Origin: Dehalococcoidia bacterium
Lineage (GTDB): Bacteria > Chloroflexota > Dehalococcoidia > Bin125
Assembly (NCBI GenBank): GCA_022822855.1
Contig: JAJDYG010000009.1
Location: 32,460 to 96,459 of the forward strand
Direction of reading: 5' to 3'
Length of the DNA: 64,000 nucleotides
Of this stretch, positions 34,889 through 44,608 are shown in pieces. Every line of letters starts with the position of its first letter. Within the stretch, counting starts at the first letter, position 1. The notes below the pieces were generated by a model. The model was not told the origin of the DNA. It saw only the letters and a list, made by a program, of their open reading frames with translations, and searched no databases. Position numbers and translations under genes: made by a program.

Positions 34889-35476
34889 ATGACCACCGCC
34901 ACATACACGGTCCAAGATTTTGTCAGGGATGCTCAGCGGATTGTTGATCGGGGCGATTCGGGGGATCAACAGATTGCTCAGATCGCCGGACCGTTGGAGC
35001 GGTTGATCCAACGCAAGGACTGTTTGCTCGACCTGCCGGAGTGCGATGACGCGGATCCGGAACAGGGCTTCATCATTCATCGCTCCGACAATCTGACCGT
35101 CTCGGCCGTCGTCTGGCAGCCAGATTCGGGCGCACCGATCCACAATCACAACGGCTGGGCGATGGAGGGCGTAATCTCAGGCGTTGAGCTAAATCGCAAC
35201 TACCAGCGCATTGACGACGGATTAACGCCCTGGCGCGCTGAGTTGGAAGAACTGGAACCATCGCTCGTGCCGGCCGGCACGACGACCTACCTGCGCGAAC
35301 CGCCGGCGGACATCCACGCAGTGGAGATCAACCAGGGCAAGACCCTCGCGATCCACGTATACGGACTCGACCTGCTCCGCCAGTGGCGCTACCGCTTCAA
35401 CCTGGAAACCGGCGAGGTCGAACCGTTTGGCATGCGGACTCGCCGCCAGCTCGACAGCGCGCAACAAGCGAAGTAG
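34889..35476 (+). CDS. Cupin domain protein (cysteine dioxygenase type I-like)
   Basis: PIHNHNGWAMEGVISG cupin motif with His residues. Confidence 0.5.
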   Translation: MTTATYTVQDFVRDAQRIVDRGDSGDQQIAQIAGPLERLIQRKDCLLDLPECDDADPEQGFIIHRSDNLTVSAVVWQPDSGAPIHNHNGWAMEGVISGVELNRNYQRIDDGLTPWRAELEELEPSLVPAGTTTYLREPPADIHAVEINQGKTLAIHVYGLDLLRQWRYRFNLETGEVEPFGMRTRRQLDSAQQAK

Positions 35477-35512
35477 AGGGTCAGCAGCGACGACCGACTC
35501 GGGAGGTTCACA

Positions 35513-36292
35513 ATGGGCAAGCTTGACGGACAGGTCGCGCTGATATCCGGCGCCGCGCGAGGTCAGGGCGAAGCACAGGCTCGGCTGTTCGCTCGCGAGG
35601 GCGCCGCTGTCGCGCTCGGTGATGTGCTTGTGGAAGATGGCCAGCGCGTCGCCGAAAGCATCAATGACACGGGCGGCCAGGCGATGTTCCAGAAGCTCGA
35701 TGTGACCGAAGTGTCGAGCTGGAAGTCGATGGTCGATGAGACCCTGGCCCAGTTTGGCCGGTTGGACATTGTGGTCAACAACGCCGGCATCGCCAGGGTG
35801 AAGCTGATCGAAGAATCGTCGCTCGAGGAGTATCTCGAGGTGGTCCGGATCAACCAGCTCGGCGTCTGGCTGGGGATGAAGGCGGCGATTCCCGCGCTCA
35901 AGGAAGCCGGAGGCGGTTGCATCATCAACACCTCCTCAACCGCAGGCCTCGAGGGCTATTCGGGTCTCGGCGCGTACGTGTCGTCGAAGTTCGCCGTGCG
36001 CGGGATGACCAAGGTCGCGGCCATCGAGCTGGGGCCATACAACATTCGCGTCAACTCGGTGCATCCCGGACCAATCGACACACCGATGATCCGCGATCCG
36101 CAGATTGCTCGAAGCGGAGACCAGGACTTTGACATCGCGCGAACGTCGCCGATCCCCCGAGTCGGGCATGTGGACGAAGTCGCTGCGATGATGCTATTCA
36201 TCGCAGCCGACGCGACGTACAGCACCGGTTCGGAGTTCGTAATCGACGGCGGCGTCACAGCCGGTTCGACGATCGCTCGGTCCAACGACTGA
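35513..36292 (+). CDS. SDR family oxidoreductase
   Basis: GAARGQG Rossmann motif, NNAG, and YVSSKFAV (YxxxK). Confidence 0.85.
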   Translation: MGKLDGQVALISGAARGQGEAQARLFAREGAAVALGDVLVEDGQRVAESINDTGGQAMFQKLDVTEVSSWKSMVDETLAQFGRLDIVVNNAGIARVKLIEESSLEEYLEVVRINQLGVWLGMKAAIPALKEAGGGCIINTSSTAGLEGYSGLGAYVSSKFAVRGMTKVAAIELGPYNIRVNSVHPGPIDTPMIRDPQIARSGDQDFDIARTSPIPRVGHVDEVAAMMLFIAADATYSTGSEFVIDGGVTAGSTIARSND

Positions 36293-36362
36293 TGCGGATC
36301 ATGGTCGGGCCAACGAGATTCCCGCGTTCGCGGAATGAAGAAACTGGATGGGTAGGAGCGAC

Positions 36363-37133
36363 ATGGGCAAGTTAGATGGACAGGTTGCGCTGATCTCGGG
36401 CGGCGCGCGAGGTCAGGGTGAGCAACAAGCACGCCTCTTTGCTCGTGAAGGGGCGGCAATCGCGATCGGCGATGTGCTCGAGGAAGACGGCAACCGCGTC
36501 GCCGAGAGCATCAACGACACCGGCGGCCAGGCGATGTTCCGCAAGCTGGACGTCGCCGACCAGTCGAGCTGGGCCGAGATGGTCGATGCGACGACGGAGC
36601 AATTCGGCAAACTGAACATCCTAATCAACAACGCCGGGATCCTGCGCAACGGGTCTATCGAGGACACGACTGTGCAGGAGTACCTGGAGGTGATCAAGAT
36701 CAACCAGGTCGGTGTCTGGCTGGGCATCCGCGCAGCGATCAAACCGATGCGCGAAGCCGGCGGCGGCTGCATCATCAACACTTCGTCGACGGCCGGTCTC
36801 GAAGGGTATCCAGATTCCAGCGCCTATGTCTCGTCCAAATTTGCCGTAACCGGCCTGACAAAGGTCGCCGCGTTGGAGCTGGGACCGTACAACATCCGCG
36901 TCAACTCGGTCCATCCCGGTCCGATCGATACGCTGATGACGGCCCCCCCAGGCACCCCGCGACGTCCGAACGGCGACATCCCGGTGAACCTGGTGCTGAC
37001 CCGTTTCGGCCACGCCGACGAGGTGGCCAAGATGATGCTCTTCATCGCCGCCGAGGCCACCTACAGCACGGGCGCCGAGTTCGTCATCGACGGAGGCCTG
37101 ACGGCGGGTCGGTCGCTTCAGGTCGGGGAGTAG
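36363..37133 (+). CDS. SDR family oxidoreductase (tandem paralog)
   Basis: Strong similarity to 35513-36292 (MGKLDGQVALISGGARGQGE...). Confidence 0.85.
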   Translation: MGKLDGQVALISGGARGQGEQQARLFAREGAAIAIGDVLEEDGNRVAESINDTGGQAMFRKLDVADQSSWAEMVDATTEQFGKLNILINNAGILRNGSIEDTTVQEYLEVIKINQVGVWLGIRAAIKPMREAGGGCIINTSSTAGLEGYPDSSAYVSSKFAVTGLTKVAALELGPYNIRVNSVHPGPIDTLMTAPPGTPRRPNGDIPVNLVLTRFGHADEVAKMMLFIAAEATYSTGAEFVIDGGLTAGRSLQVGE

Positions 37134-37145
37134 CGGACTCGCTCG

Positions 37146-37505
37146 CTAACTCCTCTGTATCGGCTTCGCGAACGAGATCTCGTGGCCGTCCGGGTCGACG
37201 ATGTGGAAGTAGCGCTCCCGCCAGGGTGCGTCTCGCGGCTCGGCCTCGGGAGTCAGGCCGGCGCTGACGGCGTTCGCGTGGAAGGCATCGACGTCGTCGA
37301 CATAGAAGATCGCTCGTCCCCAGAAGCCTGAACCGTGGTCGGCGGCGATCAGGTTGAGATAGCTCTGACCGGCTCGGTACGAGGTGAACCCTGCATCGTG
37401 GCCGCCGTATATCTTCTCGAAGCCCAGTGCCTCGTAGAACGCCGTGGCCGCCGACATATCGCCGACCGCCAGCGTGACCGCGCTCAGCGCCGTGACCTGC
37501 GGCAT
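37146..37505 (-). CDS. VOC (glyoxalase/bleomycin-resistance) family protein
   Basis: Small protein of the right size for a VOC fold. It sits adjacent to a second, similar gene. Confidence 0.65.
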   Translation of the reverse strand: MPQVTALSAVTLAVGDMSAATAFYEALGFEKIYGGHDAGFTSYRAGQSYLNLIAADHGSGFWGRAIFYVDDVDAFHANAVSAGLTPEAEPRDAPWRERYFHIVDPDGHEISFAKPIQRS

Positions 37506-37507
37506 GG

Positions 37508-37918
37508 TCAGGTGAGGTCCGTGAACGGGTTGTAGGCCAGTTCCCAGAGGTAGCCGTCGGGGTCGCTGAAGTATCCCGCATACCCGCCCCAGAAGACTTC
37601 CCTTGGCGGCTGAACGGGTGTCGCGCCTGCCTCAACTGCTTCCCGCATCGTGGAGTCGACCGCCTCGCGCGAGGGCAGGTTGTGAGCCAAGGTGATGGTC
37701 GGCGTGCCGGCCGACGGTTGGGCGAAGTCGACCGGCGCTTCGTCACGAAACAGCTCTCGTCGATAGAGCGCCAGCGTGATGTTCTCCAGCTCGAGGAACA
37801 CGATGTTCTCGAAGCTGTCGTCGTCGCGCATCGGCCAGCCCAGTCCGTCGCGGTAGAAGCGGACGGAAGCGTTGAGGTCGGATACTCCGAGCGTGATGAT
37901 GCTGATCTTGGGTTTCAT
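37508..37918 (-). CDS. VOC (glyoxalase/bleomycin-resistance) family protein
   Basis: Small protein of the right size for a VOC fold. The ITLGVSDL start is typical of this family. Confidence 0.65.
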   Translation of the reverse strand: MKPKISIITLGVSDLNASVRFYRDGLGWPMRDDDSFENIVFLELENITLALYRRELFRDEAPVDFAQPSAGTPTITLAHNLPSREAVDSTMREAVEAGATPVQPPREVFWGGYAGYFSDPDGYLWELAYNPFTDLT

Positions 37919-37938
37919 GGGATCAGCGTAGCGTCGAT

Positions 37939-39036
37939 CTACGGGGTTGCAGCTTCCACGCGCCGCCTGATGCCATCGAAACTCGTCCCCGCGTTGATCC
38001 CGTTGACATGAACCACGGGACCGTATCTGATTCCAATCGCCGCTGCGTCACGGACAATCTGGTTATGAGCCTGGCGCGTGGCCGGATCGTCGTAGCACCG
38101 CTCGAAGCTGTCGGTGTCGAGCCCGATCTCACCGGCATAGTCAATGAGCTGGTCGCGCGAAGCTGCACGGCTGCCGTCAACAAGGAACCGATCATGGAAC
38201 TCCCAGAAGGCGGCGCCGCTTTGCTCGGTGGCGCAGACCATCGCATAGCCGACCCGCTCGGACGCCGCGCCGACGTAGGCGATGTTGACGAACTGGAACC
38301 GGGCGATGCCGGTGCGGACGTACTCTTCAATCACGCGCGGCTCAACCTGAGTCGCGATTCTGCGGCAGTTTGGTCAAAACGGATCGCCGTACTCGACAAT
38401 CAGCACCGGCGCATCCGGATCGCCGACGATGCTGCCTTCCACGATCAGGCCGTCGCGGTGGGTCCCGCTGATTCTCTCCACGTCGGATGCTTCGGTCGTC
38501 CCTTCCCCGGTGTCGTCGTCCGTATCGTCTGGTTCAGGCACCGATTCAGGCAGTGACTCGGGCTCGTCGTGTTCGTCGTCCTGTTCGCGAGCAGGCAGCA
38601 GGATCGGCGTGCTCGAGCGCCACGCTCCTACGGTCGACGCGCGCGGGAAGTACCGCCTCGTGGGCAGGAACTCCTGTCGCGGCTCGTCAATCCTAAGGCC
38701 GAACTCGACCCGAGTCTCGCCGTTGCGGCGGGCAATGACTCGTACCTCAGTGCCGTCCGACAGTTCGACGAGGGAACTCTCTCTCCAGCCTTCGTCGCTG
38801 ATAGCGGCCGAGAAGACGCGCAGACGCGGCAGTTGGTTGCCTTCTGAGGTTCGCAGCCCGAACTCGATGTCGCCGTCAACCTGGAGCCGGGCGATGATCC
38901 GGACCGTTTCCCCGCCCTCGGAGCCGTGCCCGCTGATTGCGATCAGGCTGGCCAGCGATGACACAGCGATCAGCGCGAGCAGATTGATGGTTCGAATGGC
39001 GCTTGCGCGAATCATGGTGTCCGGATCATAAGACAA
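37939..39036 (-). CDS. DsbA/BdbD-like thiol-disulfide oxidoreductase interrupted by an in-frame TGA at the first Cys of the CxxC motif (candidate selenoprotein U-P-N-C, or pseudogene)
   Basis: Two ORFs (38374-39036 and 37939-38334) lie in the same frame, separated by 13 sense codons after a TGA at 38374-38376. The junction reads APVLIVEYGDPF-[TGA]-PNCRRIATQVEPRVIEEYVRTGIARFQFVNIAY. This matches the DsbA/BdbD active-site region (VEFGDY-C-PSC...FSFVNV). The N-terminal part has a TM plus the tandem repeat module also seen in the RCC1 protein. Confidence 0.6.
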
Positions 39037-39094
39037 GGGGCGGGGCGAATGCCCCGCCCCTTGCCTGGCGGTTCGTTGAACCGGGTGTCCGGAG

Positions 39095-40387
39095 CTAGAA
39101 CGCCAACGGCGCCGGGTCGGCCTGGCCGGTCTCCATGCCCTGCGGCCACCAGTGGTCTTCCCAACCTTCGTCGTCCCAGATGTGCTTGAGGTTGGGCAGC
39201 ACCTGCTGGGCGGTCATCTCGATGTTGGGGATGGCCAGTTCCTTGGGAATCGAGCCGAACTGGTTGAGGATCATCAGGTGTCCGACGTGGAGCGTGCGAA
39301 TCACTTCCTCGAGCTGTTCGGTGACCTGGCTCGGCGTGCCGGCGACGATGTTGCCTTCGCGGATCAGGTCGGCCCAGGTGATCTCGGAGTTGGCCTTGGA
39401 TTCGACCATCTTCTCGGCGGTTTTCTCGCCTTCGAACTTCTTCGAGTCGCCGAAGACCGGCTTGAGGCCCTGACTGCGAGTGAAACCCTGCTCGATGGTG
39501 CGGACGGTCCGATAGCCGGGCGGGTCGGCGTAGCGCGGGTCGATGTGGAGCATCTTGTTGTAGAAGTACTCCGCGTGCGGCCCGAACTTGTCGGCCACTT
39601 CCTGCTCGGTTTCGCCGACGGCGACGAGCTGGAGGAATCCGGCGTGGTACGGGTTGAGCGGCTTCTCGCGCTGCTGCATCGTGCGCCAGAATCCGTCGAC
39701 GTTCTTCTGACCGGCCTTGTAGCCGCCGTAGGAGAGGTAGCAGTAGACGTAGTTGTGGTCGGCGCACCACTCCCAGGTCTCGACCGAGCCGCCGCCGGGA
39801 ATCCAGACGGGCGGGTGCGGCTGCTGGATCGGTCGCGGCCAGATGTTGATGTAGCGCAGCTGGTTGTAGCGGCCGTTGTAGGAGAAGACCTCGGGCCGCG
39901 TCCAGGCCTGCGTGATCACATCGGCGGCCTCGTAGTACTTGTCGCGCAGGTGCGACGGGTTGGCGCCGTAGCAGAAGCAGTCGTCCATCGGCGTGCCGAC
40001 GGGGAAGCCGGCGACGAGGCGACCGCCCGAGATGCAGTCGAGCATCGCGAACTCTTCGGCGACGCGAGTTGGCGGGTTGTAGAGCGCAATCGAGTTGCCG
40101 AGCACGACGATCGCGACGTCCTTGGTGCGCCGGCAGAGGTTGGCGGCCATCAGGTTGGGCGACGGCATCAGGCCGTAGGCGTTCTGGTGGTGCTCGTTGA
40201 TGCAGATGCCGTCGTAGCCGGCAGCAGCGGCGGCCTCGAGCTCGTCCAGGCCGTCGTTGTACATCTCGTGCGCCTTGGCCGGGTCGAACAGCTTGGAGTC
40301 GACGTCTACCCAGACCGAGTTGTTCGTCTCTGCGAAGTCGGGCGGCAGATCCCGATACGGCATCAGATGGAAGAACTCAAATTTCAC
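39095..40387 (-). CDS. LLM-class flavin-dependent oxidoreductase (luciferase-like)
   Basis: Luciferase-like monooxygenase family pattern (MKFEFFHLMPY..., GGRLVAGFPVGT). Confidence 0.8.
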   Translation of the reverse strand: MKFEFFHLMPYRDLPPDFAETNNSVWVDVDSKLFDPAKAHEMYNDGLDELEAAAAAGYDGICINEHHQNAYGLMPSPNLMAANLCRRTKDVAIVVLGNSIALYNPPTRVAEEFAMLDCISGGRLVAGFPVGTPMDDCFCYGANPSHLRDKYYEAADVITQAWTRPEVFSYNGRYNQLRYINIWPRPIQQPHPPVWIPGGGSVETWEWCADHNYVYCYLSYGGYKAGQKNVDGFWRTMQQREKPLNPYHAGFLQLVAVGETEQEVADKFGPHAEYFYNKMLHIDPRYADPPGYRTVRTIEQGFTRSQGLKPVFGDSKKFEGEKTAEKMVESKANSEITWADLIREGNIVAGTPSQVTEQLEEVIRTLHVGHLMILNQFGSIPKELAIPNIEMTAQQVLPNLKHIWDDEGWEDHWWPQGMETGQADPAPLAF

Positions 40388-40597
40388 GGCGTACTCCGTT
40401 CGGTTCCACGTTCACAGCATCGCCCATCCGGCAGGCGGTCTCTGGGGCAAGGTATTGAAGAAGGTGCGTCAGTGTCAATCAGCGTCGCGCTCCATCAGGT
40501 GTGGAAGAGGTGGTGGAACCGGGGCGCGGCGACCGAGGTGAGCTGCCTGGAGGCGGCCCCCGGGGCCGCCCTCACAGGCGGACGCGGTGAAGACTCC

Positions 40598-42613
40598 TTA
40601 GGCCGAGTACTCCGGATGCGTCGTGTCAAGCCAGGTGTCGTCGTAGCGATGCGAGGCATGGGCGAACTGGTAGACGTCCTCGGAGTTGTGCACGTAGGGC
40701 CACTCGACCTGCGGCGAAATGGCGTTCATCACGGACGGCTGACCGGTCATCCCCTCAACCCCATGGTCGGGATGGACACCGAGGAAGATCTTGAGCAGTT
40801 CGGAGGCTGTCTCCTTGCGTTTGTCGACATCGAGTTCGGTCCGCATGCCCCTGATCATCTCCTCCGCAGGCGGGTAGTTGTACTGCGAGAAGTTGGAGCT
40901 GCCACCGGCGACGTGAGTGATGTTCCACTCACCGGTCGGGTCAAGGTCTTGCGGCGGGTTGGTCCAGGCTGGCGTTTGGCCGGGGTGGGTGCCCTCCAGC
41001 AGACGCTGAAGAATGACGGTGTACGGCTGGATGTCCATCGACAGCGTGACCCCCAAGGCCTGCTCGTACATCGAGCGCACCGTCTCCGTGATGCCCGGAT
41101 AGGTCTGTTCCCAGACGTCCGGCGTGATCCAGTAGAAGGTCCGGCTGTCGCGATCGACGCCCGCGGCATCCAGCAGTTCATTCGCCATCTGGATGTCGGC
41201 ATCGCGATTCGGCCGGTATCCGGGCCACGTGGCGAGTTCTTCGGGCGGGACCGTCCAGGCCTGGTTGAACCACGGTGCCTGAGCGATCGCGCTGATCTTG
41301 GCCGAGCCCAGGTAGACGGCATCGATCAACAGGTAGCGGTCGGTGGCCACGTGGAAGGCATAGGCCAAACGACGGTCCGCCCACGGATTGCCCAGTCCAT
41401 CCTCACCCGGCCAGTCCGGGTTGAAGTTGTAGCGGATCTGAATCGTGAAACCGAAGGGAACGTCGAAGACGTTGTGTTCGGGGAAGTCGCTCAGAATGCC
41501 CTCAACCTGCAGGCTCGAAAGCGGGAATCCGCCAATGTCGATCCCCTTGCCGCGATACGCGGCGTCGACAGCAGTCGCGTCGACGAGGTTCGTGAACTCG
41601 ACCCGATCCAGATATGGCAGCGCGCCGCCGTCTGCCCCGTTCTTCCAGTAGTTCGGGTTGACATCGAGATTGATGCCAAGGTCCGGGTCGTAGTTGAGCG
41701 GCATGTACGCTCCCGTGCCGGAAGAGAGCTCGACGTTCGTCTGCTCGTCACGCCAGCGGTTACCGAACTCGGTGATCGCCTCGGGTGAGGTGATCCAGGA
41801 GAACGGGCTCAGGTGCGCGCCCAGATAGGTCGAGTCAGGCTCGGCGGTCGTGTAGGTAATCGTCGTGTCATCGACGACTTCGAGCTTGTCCGTCTGCTGG
41901 TATTTGCTCGCGGTCAGGAATGACGTGTCCTCAACGCCGTCCGCGTCAACGGAATCGATCTGCCGCTGAGAGTTGAATCGAATATCCTCCGCCGTGACCA
42001 GCCGTCCACCCTCCGTCGGGTAGCGGTCCCAGAACCGCGCGCCCTGGTCGACGCTGAAGATGTAGGTGGTGTCGTCGGGAATCTCTGGCAGCGACGCAAT
42101 GTCGCTCTCCATGATTCCCTTTTCCTTGTTTCGCCAGCGGATGAGGTAGTTCATGTAGAACCCCATCCAGAACTGGGTCGGACCGAACACCGCGCGGTGC
42201 GGATCGAAGTAATCGTGGGTGGCCGCCGGAGTCGAGAAGCGAAGCGTGCCGCCTCTTGTCAGGCCTGAGGTGTCGGCGACGGCCTGCTGTTGCGCCTGAT
42301 CCGCTTGGTCCTGTTGAGTCTGCTCTTGCTGATCAGCCTGCGAGGCCGACTGGTCGGCCTGTTGCTCCTGGTCCTGCTGCATGGCCTGTTGCTGTTGTTG
42401 CTGCATGGCCTGCTGTTGCGCGGCTTGCTGTTGCGCTTGCTGCTGTTGTTGCGCAGCGGTGACGGCCTGCTGGCCGTCGTCGTCATCGTCGCCGCAACCG
42501 ACCAACGCGAGGCCAGCCGCGCCGACACCGGCGCGCGACGAGGCTCGCAGGAGCGAACGCCTGCTCATTCGCTTACGCGCCATTCGCTGCCAGTAGTTCT
42601 GTCGCTCGGTCAT
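40598..42613 (-). CDS. ABC transporter substrate-binding protein, family 5 (paralog 4)
   Basis: Same Tat/lipobox N-terminus (NYWQRMARKRMSRRSLLRASSRAGVGAAGLALVGCGDDDDD), Q-rich linker and paralogous blocks. It stands alone with no adjacent permeases. Confidence 0.85.
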   Translation of the reverse strand: MTERQNYWQRMARKRMSRRSLLRASSRAGVGAAGLALVGCGDDDDDGQQAVTAAQQQQQAQQQAAQQQAMQQQQQQAMQQDQEQQADQSASQADQQEQTQQDQADQAQQQAVADTSGLTRGGTLRFSTPAATHDYFDPHRAVFGPTQFWMGFYMNYLIRWRNKEKGIMESDIASLPEIPDDTTYIFSVDQGARFWDRYPTEGGRLVTAEDIRFNSQRQIDSVDADGVEDTSFLTASKYQQTDKLEVVDDTTITYTTAEPDSTYLGAHLSPFSWITSPEAITEFGNRWRDEQTNVELSSGTGAYMPLNYDPDLGINLDVNPNYWKNGADGGALPYLDRVEFTNLVDATAVDAAYRGKGIDIGGFPLSSLQVEGILSDFPEHNVFDVPFGFTIQIRYNFNPDWPGEDGLGNPWADRRLAYAFHVATDRYLLIDAVYLGSAKISAIAQAPWFNQAWTVPPEELATWPGYRPNRDADIQMANELLDAAGVDRDSRTFYWITPDVWEQTYPGITETVRSMYEQALGVTLSMDIQPYTVILQRLLEGTHPGQTPAWTNPPQDLDPTGEWNITHVAGGSSNFSQYNYPPAEEMIRGMRTELDVDKRKETASELLKIFLGVHPDHGVEGMTGQPSVMNAISPQVEWPYVHNSEDVYQFAHASHRYDDTWLDTTHPEYSA

Positions 42614-42883
42614 GTCGTCCCTCCATCTCCGTTGGTCGGGAAAATTCTAGGGAATTCTGACCGGGCCTGTTCGCCTCGGTGCCCACCGACACCACCCACT
42701 GCATCGTGAGCGTCCCCCAAAAGAGGCGTGCGCGTGCAGAGAGGATGATGCCCAACAGCGCTCAACCGCCGGGAGCGCACCCAGAACCCTGCAAACTCAC
42801 CCAATATCCACCGGAGCGGAGCCTCATCCCATGGCAAGCAAGCCCATCTGCACAAGTTCCGGGAGTGCAGATGAGGAGAGAGT

Positions 42884-43387
42884 TCAGAGAGGCCGAATGC
42901 GCAGCGTCGGCGCATCACCAGTCGCGCTGCCAAACACCTCCCGCAGCTTCTTCGCCCGGAAATGGAAGATGTGGCGCAACTGCGGAACGACCGCGAAACT
43001 CGCGACCGGCGCAGAGATCGGATCGAGCGGCAATGACCAGTGGACCTGGTCGGTCGCAAGCACGCCGCCGTCGACCTCCTGGAAGTGATGCTCGTGATGC
43101 CAGAGCGCATAGGGTCCGGCGATCTGGTCATCGGCGAAGTAGTAGGGCGCGTTGACCTGAGAGATCTCCGTTGCCCAGGAGACCCGGAGCGGCAGGATCG
43201 GCAACGGAGTCAGGCGATAGGTGATGATCAGGCCCGGATGCACCGCCTCCGGCGGATCGCCGGTAATCTCGAAGCGCATCTCTGGCGGAGTAATCACCGC
43301 AAGATTGCGCGGGTTTGAGAAGAAGTTCCAGGCTGACCGCAGGTCGGTCGAGAGCGTCTGGGCAGCGTCGAGCCTATAGAATGGCAT
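42884..43387 (-). CDS. SRPBCC (START/Bet v1-like, polyketide cyclase/CoQ-binding type) family protein
   Basis: Size and pattern resemble COQ10/SRPBCC proteins. Confidence 0.55.
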   Translation of the reverse strand: MPFYRLDAAQTLSTDLRSAWNFFSNPRNLAVITPPEMRFEITGDPPEAVHPGLIITYRLTPLPILPLRVSWATEISQVNAPYYFADDQIAGPYALWHHEHHFQEVDGGVLATDQVHWSLPLDPISAPVASFAVVPQLRHIFHFRAKKLREVFGSATGDAPTLRIRPL

Positions 43388-43504
43388 GGTTCATTCAGAC
43401 TGATACTATGCGCCTATCGCAGAGCGGCGACGTGAGGGTCGGAAGTGGCGATCATCGATCGTCTCAGGGTTGTCGACACTCTGAAGTAGCGTCTCGGAGA
43501 AGAC

Positions 43505-43789
43505 GTGTCTCGCGAGTTTACCGACGCGCTGCAGGACGAGATGGCTCCGATGATGACGAAGGAGGAGATCCAGATGATGATCTCCGGCCTGGTCGATCAA
43601 ATCGAGGCTCGCATGTGGCGCGTGGTGGCATTTGCCACAGGGATTCTGATTGGCGTGATCGCGATTGCCACGACACTCATCCTGACACTCAATCGATTAC
43701 AGCGTCGCGAGCACGCCGCCCAGACCGATCAGCGCGCCGACCAGCAGATGCAACTGCGCCGTCCGTTTCAGCATCGGGTTGAGCGCTGA
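43505..43789 (+). CDS. Hypothetical small membrane protein
   Basis: One predicted TM segment (VVAFATGILIGVIAIATTLILTL). Its 3' end overlaps MenA on the opposite strand. Confidence 0.25.
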   Translation: MSREFTDALQDEMAPMMTKEEIQMMISGLVDQIEARMWRVVAFATGILIGVIAIATTLILTLNRLQRREHAAQTDQRADQQMQLRRPFQHRVER

Positions 43790-44608
43790 TCCTTCCCGAC
43801 CAGTCACGATCTCGCGGGCGAGCCACATGGCCGGCGGCAATCCTATCCAGGCGATGTAACAGTAGTAGGGGATCAACCCGACCGATGCGAAGACGGCGAT
43901 GCCGACGAACGCGCCAATCGTCAGAACGACGTATTCGATCCTGGTGTTTCGTTCCCCGATCGTGACCGCGAGGGTCCGTTTGTGGCTCGCGCGATCCGTG
44001 TGAATGTCGCGCAGATTGTTGACTACCAGGATCGCCGTGACCAGGCAACCCACGGGCACAGAAGCAGCGGCCAGCTCCCACGTCAGCTCCTCAATCTGGA
44101 CGTAACCCGCGCCCATCACGGCGACGAAGCCGAAGAAGAGGAAGCAGATCACGTCGCCCAGGCCTCGGTAGCCGTACGGCAGCGGTCCGCCTGTGTAAGT
44201 GACGGCCGCGATCAGGGAAAGCGCGCCAATTGGCAGGATCGGCCAGCCCACGATGATGATCAGCACGATCCCGACGATCAGGGCAGCCGCGGTCGCCAGC
44301 GCGATACCGACAGTCATCTCTCGTTGCGACAACCAACCCTGGGCGACGGCGCGCGGCGGTCCGAGGCGGTCCGGCGTATCAGCGCCGCGGCGGAAATCGG
44401 AGAGGTCGTTGGCGAAGTTGACGACGATCTGGATGAAGATCGCGCCGATCAGGGCGAGGAAGAAGCGGCCGGCCTCGAAGTCGCCGTCAACGGCCGCAAT
44501 GCCTGTGCCGGCGAGCACCGGCGATACCGCCGCTGGGAGGGTCGGCGGGCGGACCGCGAGGAGCCAGGCTCGGCGTTTGGGTGGGGCGGGAGGCGCCGCG
44601 GCCGACAT
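43697..44608 (-). CDS. menA: 1,4-dihydroxy-2-naphthoate polyprenyltransferase (UbiA family)
   Basis: UbiA-family Asp-rich motif NDLSDFRRGAD, a multi-TM protein. Adjacent to menB, which it overlaps. Confidence 0.8.
   Translation of the reverse strand: MSAAAPPAPPKRRAWLLAVRPPTLPAAVSPVLAGTGIAAVDGDFEAGRFFLALIGAIFIQIVVNFANDLSDFRRGADTPDRLGPPRAVAQGWLSQREMTVGIALATAAALIVGIVLIIIVGWPILPIGALSLIAAVTYTGGPLPYGYRGLGDVICFLFFGFVAVMGAGYVQIEELTWELAAASVPVGCLVTAILVVNNLRDIHTDRASHKRTLAVTIGERNTRIEYVVLTIGAFVGIAVFASVGLIPYYCYIAWIGLPPAMWLAREIVTGREGSALNPMLKRTAQLHLLVGALIGLGGVLATL

Noticed and set aside
39152-41788. 878-aa plus-strand ORF spanning the LLM oxidoreductase and SBP paralog 4
   Set aside because: It is antisense to two genes with clear family motifs (luciferase-like monooxygenase and family-5 SBP). 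Its translation is dominated by V/G/D/L/R, the composition expected from antisense reading of GC-rich codons, with no domain signature.
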